A stretch of 64,000 nucleotides of DNA from assembly GCA_965219685.1 (NCBI GenBank), contig CBDCOH010000002.1, positions 1,664,001 to 1,728,000 on the forward strand, in the 5' to 3' direction. The translations under genes were made by a program, and so were the position numbers. This DNA comes from Candidatus Spongiisociaceae bacterium. GTDB taxonomy: Bacteria > Actinomycetota > Acidimicrobiia > Spongiisociales > Spongiisociaceae. Positions 59,201-64,000 of this stretch are shown here, piece after piece. The notes under the pieces were generated by a model. That model did not search any database and was not told the DNA's origin. It was given only the letters and a program-made list of their open reading frames with translations. Each line of letters begins with the position of its first letter. Positions within the stretch are counted from its first letter, which is position 1.

Positions 59201-60516
59201 GTCTCCTGAGCGACTACTCCCAGACCATAGGCGACCGTAGTGAACGGCTCCCGCTCCCGTACCTTCTCTGCCCCGAACAGTCCCTCCAGCAACTCCACGA
59301 AAGCACCGAGCCGAGATGACCCCCCGGTGCGCAACACCGTCGTCACCTGATCGGGCTCGATCTTGGCCATTGAGAGAGCTTTCATAATCTGCGACTTGAC
59401 CGTCTTAATGTAGGGAGCGAGCATCAGGTCTAGTTCGGCTCGACTCAGGTCGATGGACAGGTCGCCCTGGGGAGGGTGAAACTCAATCGACGATCTCTCT
59501 GCGCTTGACAGTGCGATCTTGGCATTCTCGATGGCCTTGTAGAACCGAGGAGCTTGGCCTCCGGTAACCACAGACCTAACAAGAGCCCCGGCTCGGCGAT
59601 CCAACCGTTCGAGAGCGTTGAGAACACTGAACGTGTTTGGGTTAGTCAGCAAGTACTTGAACCTTTCCAGACTGGAAAGGCCCGTACTGAACCAGGCAGG
59701 GATCGCGTCATGCCACAGCCCGAGCCGCGGCGCTACTTTCGACTCGAAGATTATCCGATCGAACATAGAACCGCCTACCGCGGCGCCTTCCATGCTCAAC
59801 ACTTCTCCTTCGCCTCCTGAGATAGAGGTCACGGCCAGATCAAAGGTCCCCCCTCCAAAGTCAACCGCCACCATGTACCCATCCTCAAACACTTCGTCCA
59901 GTGCTGCGGCAACCGGCTCCGGATAGAGTTCTACATCGACGAAACCTGCTCTCCGTGCAGCGCGCATGAGACGAGTCTCTGCTAGGTGCTGGCGTTCATC
60001 GAACTGATCACCCGTGGAGCCGAAAAAGGCGATCGGGTGTCCAATCACTGCTCGGGTGACATCCGATCCGGTTTGGCGATCGGCTTGAGTTTTCAGGTGG
60101 GCAAGGACGACAGCGACAAGATCCTCCATCTCGAAGTCCTTCGCCCAGGAGTGGGTACTCTTGAACGTGTCGTCTGCCAGCTCACTCTTGACGTCACTCA
60201 TCAAGCGCGAATCAACACAGCCGCCACTCCGCTCGTACTGGCGACAATCCGTCTCATACCCGAACTTTCTGGTATAGGTCACGAGCGAACACCGCCGACA
60301 TACTGTACTCCGGCTACCGGTGATCGTAAACTGATCGATGGCTTGTTTCCCGGCCAATCGTAGTCCATCCCGATGTACGTAAACAGTTGATGGCAGAGAC
60401 GCGGGTAGTGGCTGATCAAGGTCGAAGTTCAATACCTCAACCCGGTCCCTGTAGGCGATCGAGATGGAACTGTTGGTTGTCCCGTAGTCGATTCCGTAAG
60501 CGAGGTCGCTTGTCAA
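59191..60516 (-). CDS. Hsp70-family ATPase (YegD-like, no substrate-binding domain)
   Basis: GIDYGTTNS, LPS, EPVAAA, VDFGGGT, IENAKIALS, TGGSS. Confidence 0.88.
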   Translation of the reverse strand: MTSDLAYGIDYGTTNSSISIAYRDRVEVLNFDLDQPLPASLPSTVYVHRDGLRLAGKQAIDQFTITGSRSTVCRRCSLVTYTRKFGYETDCRQYERSGGCVDSRLMSDVKSELADDTFKSTHSWAKDFEMEDLVAVVLAHLKTQADRQTGSDVTRAVIGHPIAFFGSTGDQFDERQHLAETRLMRAARRAGFVDVELYPEPVAAALDEVFEDGYMVAVDFGGGTFDLAVTSISGGEGEVLSMEGAAVGGSMFDRIIFESKVAPRLGLWHDAIPAWFSTGLSSLERFKYLLTNPNTFSVLNALERLDRRAGALVRSVVTGGQAPRFYKAIENAKIALSSAERSSIEFHPPQGDLSIDLSRAELDLMLAPYIKTVKSQIMKALSMAKIEPDQVTTVLRTGGSSRLGAFVELLEGLFGAEKVREREPFTTVAYGLGVVAQETWL

Positions 60517-63500
60517 TCCCCCACCACCAACGCTACCGCAAGTACACGGACCGAAATATCAGATCTCGTTCCCTGCAACTCTAATATCTTGGCATCACGA
60601 TCATCATTGAGCCTCAAGAGCCGACCTTGATTCTTATTAAGCCTACCCCGGATAGCCGGTAATATGCGTTTCTCCTTAACGGATCCCGTGGCATTTAATC
60701 TGTCGATCCGAGCGATGTCGTCTTCGATCTTTTGACACAAGCGCCTTTCCCGATCCTTGTAGATACGTTCCGTACGATCAAGTTCCTCTTCATACCATTT
60801 TGTGTGGAGATACTCCACCTTCGATCTTGATCTATAGTGGCTATCCGCCAGCTTGAGCTTGCTGGCCTCTAGTGCACTCCCAGCCCAACCCGGCAGATCA
60901 CTGGGTCGTGAGGGTTCCCCGATCTCCGGCATCTTCGTAATCTTAGACTCTTCCACGTCTAGGTCCTCACCCACTAGGTGCCGAACGAACTGTCCGAACC
61001 GAACCGGCCCATCCGCTTCGATCGCGTAGAAGATCTCTATGTGAGGGCCGCCCCAAACACCGACGGCGCGCCGTTGGCATGCCACTGCGGGACGCGATCC
61101 CATCGGAAGATCCACAATCGAATCGATCAGACTCTGGCCGAGCGCAAAGAACTCCAAGTCTTCACGTACGAGCGCCTCTCGATAGTCAAACACACCACGA
61201 TACGAACTCTTCTTGACACCCAGCCACCTCTGCAGTTGCTGAGACAGGTAGATTCCGACTCCCCCATCAGAGTGTTCAGTAACTCTGCCTCCAAAGTATC
61301 GGAGCGCAGCCCCGACGTAACTCTGCAGTTCCGACGGACCGGCCATCGTCCGCCGCTCAACCAACCTATTGGCTTCGTCCTGGCGGAAGATAGCCGGATC
61401 GAGGGCTAAGTGTCTCTTCTCCTTCTCCAGTTCCCGTGCCTCTCGAACCCTCCGTTCAAGATCGGACTCGAGGTCCTTCAACCTTCGATGTGAATCTCCT
61501 CCTTCATCGAAGGCTAGCCGCTTGAGATCGTCTTCCAAGTCTCCTAGAATGGGATCGAGCGAACCTACGGATTCTTCGAACAGGCGTATTCGTGTGTTGA
61601 GCACATCCAAGATTCTCTCTTCGATAGTACCTTTACAGGCAAAATTGTAGATTTGTATATCCTGCTTTTGCCCTATTCTATCCAAGCGACCGATTCGTTG
61701 CTCAATCTTCATTGGATTCCAAGGGAGATCATAGTTGAACATGACATGGGCAAATTGAAAATTACGGCCTTCACCTCCCGCTTCGGTGGCGACCAAGATC
61801 TGAGATCTTTCCCGAAAGCGGATTACGGCTTGGTCCTTCCTTTCTTGACTCAGGCTGCCGTTAAAAACTTCCACACGAAAACCATGGAAGGTGAGCATTT
61901 TTTCCAAGAACGATTGTGTTTCAAGAAACTGTGTGAAGATTATGACCTTCTCACCAAGTAGCATGTCTCGATGGAGAGTACGGAGGAGTTGACTCGCCTT
62001 GGAGTCACGTACGTTACCCAATCGCTTGACAAGGTCACGTAACACGGATATCTCAGCTTCGATCTTTCCGACTTCAGTTGATGCGATCCGATGTTCAGAC
62101 CTCTCCATCGCGGAACTAAGTTCTCGCGGGTCGGACCACGGTTCAAACTGTTCATCGATCTCAGAATTGTCGATCGCTTCCCCACTTAACTTCTGTGTAA
62201 GCTTTGCCATTCTCCTCTGGAGAGCTGACCTAACCGCATTGGAACTGGAGGACAGCATCTTCAGGTAAGTCACCATCAAGAAGCCGATCGCCTTCTGTTT
62301 TTTGGCTTGGGCTAGATTGTACTGCTCACGGAGATAGCTGCTCACTTCCTCATATAGTTCCATTTCCTCAGGATCTAACTCAACCACAACGAGTTCTGGG
62401 TGTCGTTGGGTGAAACCTCCGACATCAGACTTTCTGTTCCTAATCAGCGTACGCGCGAACGGATGCTGCCGATCCAATGCCTCTAGCGCAGAGTCTCTCG
62501 CGTCCGTCGTGAGTAGGTCAAGATCATATGGACGAAAGAACCGTTTCAAAGATGCACGGCGATGTGTATCTAAGGCATCCCATTGCTGAATGTCCTTAGC
62601 GATCTCGGCGAGATGAGGAAGGGACTGTCTGTCTTTTTCGTACTCTTCGAACGATTCACAGAGCCCCGGCTCCACCAACTCAATCAGAGAGTAAAGTTCG
62701 TAAGGATGCAGCTGCATTGGGGTCGCTGTGAGGAGCAACATCCCATCGACACCCTCCTTCAATTCATCAGCGAGTTGGTATCCGAGGGTGGAAGTAACGC
62801 GCTTACCGTGGAGACTACGGCGAACTCGGTGGGCCTCGTCGAAGATCACGATGTCCCATCCCGCCTCCGCGATCTGCTCGGCGTGATCCTCCCGGCGAGC
62901 CAAGCTAAGGGAGCAGATGACATTTCCATGCGTTCGCCAAGGGTTGCCACCCCGCCTAGCCAAGGACTTCAACGCAGGCCCGTCAAGGACCTCAAAGTCC
63001 TCGTTGAACTTGGAGCGGAGTTCCTGTTGCCACTGCCACTGGAGGGAAGCGGGAACGATTATCAATACTCGATCTATAGCGCGACGGGCTCTTAACTCCT
63101 TTACTATCAAGCCAGCCTCGATAGTCTTTCCCAAACCCACTTCGTCAGCCAGAATCATTCGTGGACGACTTTTGGACAGCACTTGGAGAGCTACCATAAC
63201 TTGGTGAAAGGCTGGCTCTATCCGGGCATTGGATAGACCGGCCAGGGTGTCATAGCGGTAGGCGTGTTGCAGGTACAGAGCTTGGACTCGAAGTCCATAG
63301 AGTTCGGCAGAACTGAATTCACCGGTCAGCAACGCTTGTTCCGGCTCGGGTGGTAGGAGCTCGATCGCCGACTCGCCGAGATACTCAGCACCGGAGGAGA
63401 ACATTACTTGGTATCCAAGGTACTGGTGATGCGCTATGACCACGCCCGTCTCTCCCCCGGTTGGGCGCCTGACTCTGTCACCTGGTTGTAACGCCTTCAT
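60513..63500 (-). CDS. SNF2-family (RapA/DrmD-like) helicase
   Basis: LADEVGLGKT, FDEAH, LTATP, TEAGGEGRNFQ, YDLPWNP, EQRIGRLDRIGQ; coiled-coil C-terminus. ATG at 63500 follows GAGGTG. Confidence 0.9.
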   Translation of the reverse strand: MKALQPGDRVRRPTGGETGVVIAHHQYLGYQVMFSSGAEYLGESAIELLPPEPEQALLTGEFSSAELYGLRVQALYLQHAYRYDTLAGLSNARIEPAFHQVMVALQVLSKSRPRMILADEVGLGKTIEAGLIVKELRARRAIDRVLIIVPASLQWQWQQELRSKFNEDFEVLDGPALKSLARRGGNPWRTHGNVICSLSLARREDHAEQIAEAGWDIVIFDEAHRVRRSLHGKRVTSTLGYQLADELKEGVDGMLLLTATPMQLHPYELYSLIELVEPGLCESFEEYEKDRQSLPHLAEIAKDIQQWDALDTHRRASLKRFFRPYDLDLLTTDARDSALEALDRQHPFARTLIRNRKSDVGGFTQRHPELVVVELDPEEMELYEEVSSYLREQYNLAQAKKQKAIGFLMVTYLKMLSSSSNAVRSALQRRMAKLTQKLSGEAIDNSEIDEQFEPWSDPRELSSAMERSEHRIASTEVGKIEAEISVLRDLVKRLGNVRDSKASQLLRTLHRDMLLGEKVIIFTQFLETQSFLEKMLTFHGFRVEVFNGSLSQERKDQAVIRFRERSQILVATEAGGEGRNFQFAHVMFNYDLPWNPMKIEQRIGRLDRIGQKQDIQIYNFACKGTIEERILDVLNTRIRLFEESVGSLDPILGDLEDDLKRLAFDEGGDSHRRLKDLESDLERRVREARELEKEKRHLALDPAIFRQDEANRLVERRTMAGPSELQSYVGAALRYFGGRVTEHSDGGVGIYLSQQLQRWLGVKKSSYRGVFDYREALVREDLEFFALGQSLIDSIVDLPMGSRPAVACQRRAVGVWGGPHIEIFYAIEADGPVRFGQFVRHLVGEDLDVEESKITKMPEIGEPSRPSDLPGWAGSALEASKLKLADSHYRSRSKVEYLHTKWYEEELDRTERIYKDRERRLCQKIEDDIARIDRLNATGSVKEKRILPAIRGRLNKNQGRLLRLNDDRDAKILELQGTRSDISVRVLAVALVVGD

Positions 63501-63625
63501 CTCACCTCTATCCATAGGCCGAGTCCATTGGCCACTCTGTACGTCCATGGCCGCATGCGACCCAGGAAACCAATGCGCGGTGTGGTCCCTCATTCCACAC
63601 GTGATCCGCCCCTTGGCAACCCGGC

Positions 63626-64000
63626 TCAGGTCTCTTCGTCGGACACTCCGGCCATCCATAGACCCAGACGATGGACGGTTGCCTCCTCCTGGTCCAGGAT
63701 GCCCATGATCCGGCCCTCGAACATCACGGCTACCCGATCCGATAGGCCGATCACCTCGTCGAGGTCCTCCGAAATCAGCAGGATGGCGGTACCGCCGGCT
63801 CTCTGCTGCATCAGGACCGAGTGGATGTACTCGGCGGCGCCGATATCGACCCCGCGGGTGGGCTGGGCAGCGATCAGGACGTCGGGCTCGCCGGACAACT
63901 CGCGGGCTATGATGAGCTTCTGGATGTTCCCTCCGGACAGGTTGGCGGTGGGCGTGTCCAGCGAGGGGGTCTTGACGGTGAAACGATCGACGAGCCCGGA
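63626..64000 (-). CDS. Nucleoside/sugar ABC ATPase, C-terminal part (runs off the window)
   Basis: LSGGNIQK, AQPTRGVD, ISEDLDE. Confidence 0.85.
   Translation of the reverse strand, partial: SGLVDRFTVKTPSLDTPTANLSGGNIQKLIIARELSGEPDVLIAAQPTRGVDIGAAEYIHSVLMQQRAGGTAILLISEDLDEVIGLSDRVAVMFEGRIMGILDQEEATVHRLGLWMAGVSDEET

Noticed and set aside
60513-63500. DISARM or BREX system
   Set aside because: No drmA/B/C, methylase or pglZ genes are adjacent.

Overview
High-GC bacterial DNA. The Thr/Ala-linker lipoproteins suggest an actinobacterium of the Acidimicrobiia type, but this is an inference. The window has four blocks. (1) 1-33.2 kb is a dense IclR-associated catabolic island: a dimethylformamidase-like protein, amidohydrolases, enolase-superfamily enzymes, Gfo/Idh/MocA oxidoreductases, a split Mo-hydroxylase and two ABC importers, with several enzymes carrying non-canonical active sites. 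(2) 33.2-41.7 kb is a mobile/defence patch: two IS5-family elements, an IS1380, an orphan IS end, and a controller-HTH + HNH nuclease + unusually large methyltransferase cassette. (3) 41.8-58.4 kb holds nucleoside/sugar uptake and catabolism genes plus glycine-reductase components; grdA has an in-frame UGA (selenocysteine) that the ORF track missed, and grdC is nearby. (4) 58.4-63.5 kb is a lower-GC, translationally coupled SNF2 helicase / Hsp70-like ATPase / Pro-rich CxxC operon, a candidate undescribed defence system. A dispersed MITE-like family (CTAG-flanked, 12-bp TIRs, internal heptamer repeats) occurs four times. No rRNA, intact tRNA or CRISPR array was seen. All product calls come from motif recognition, not database searches.
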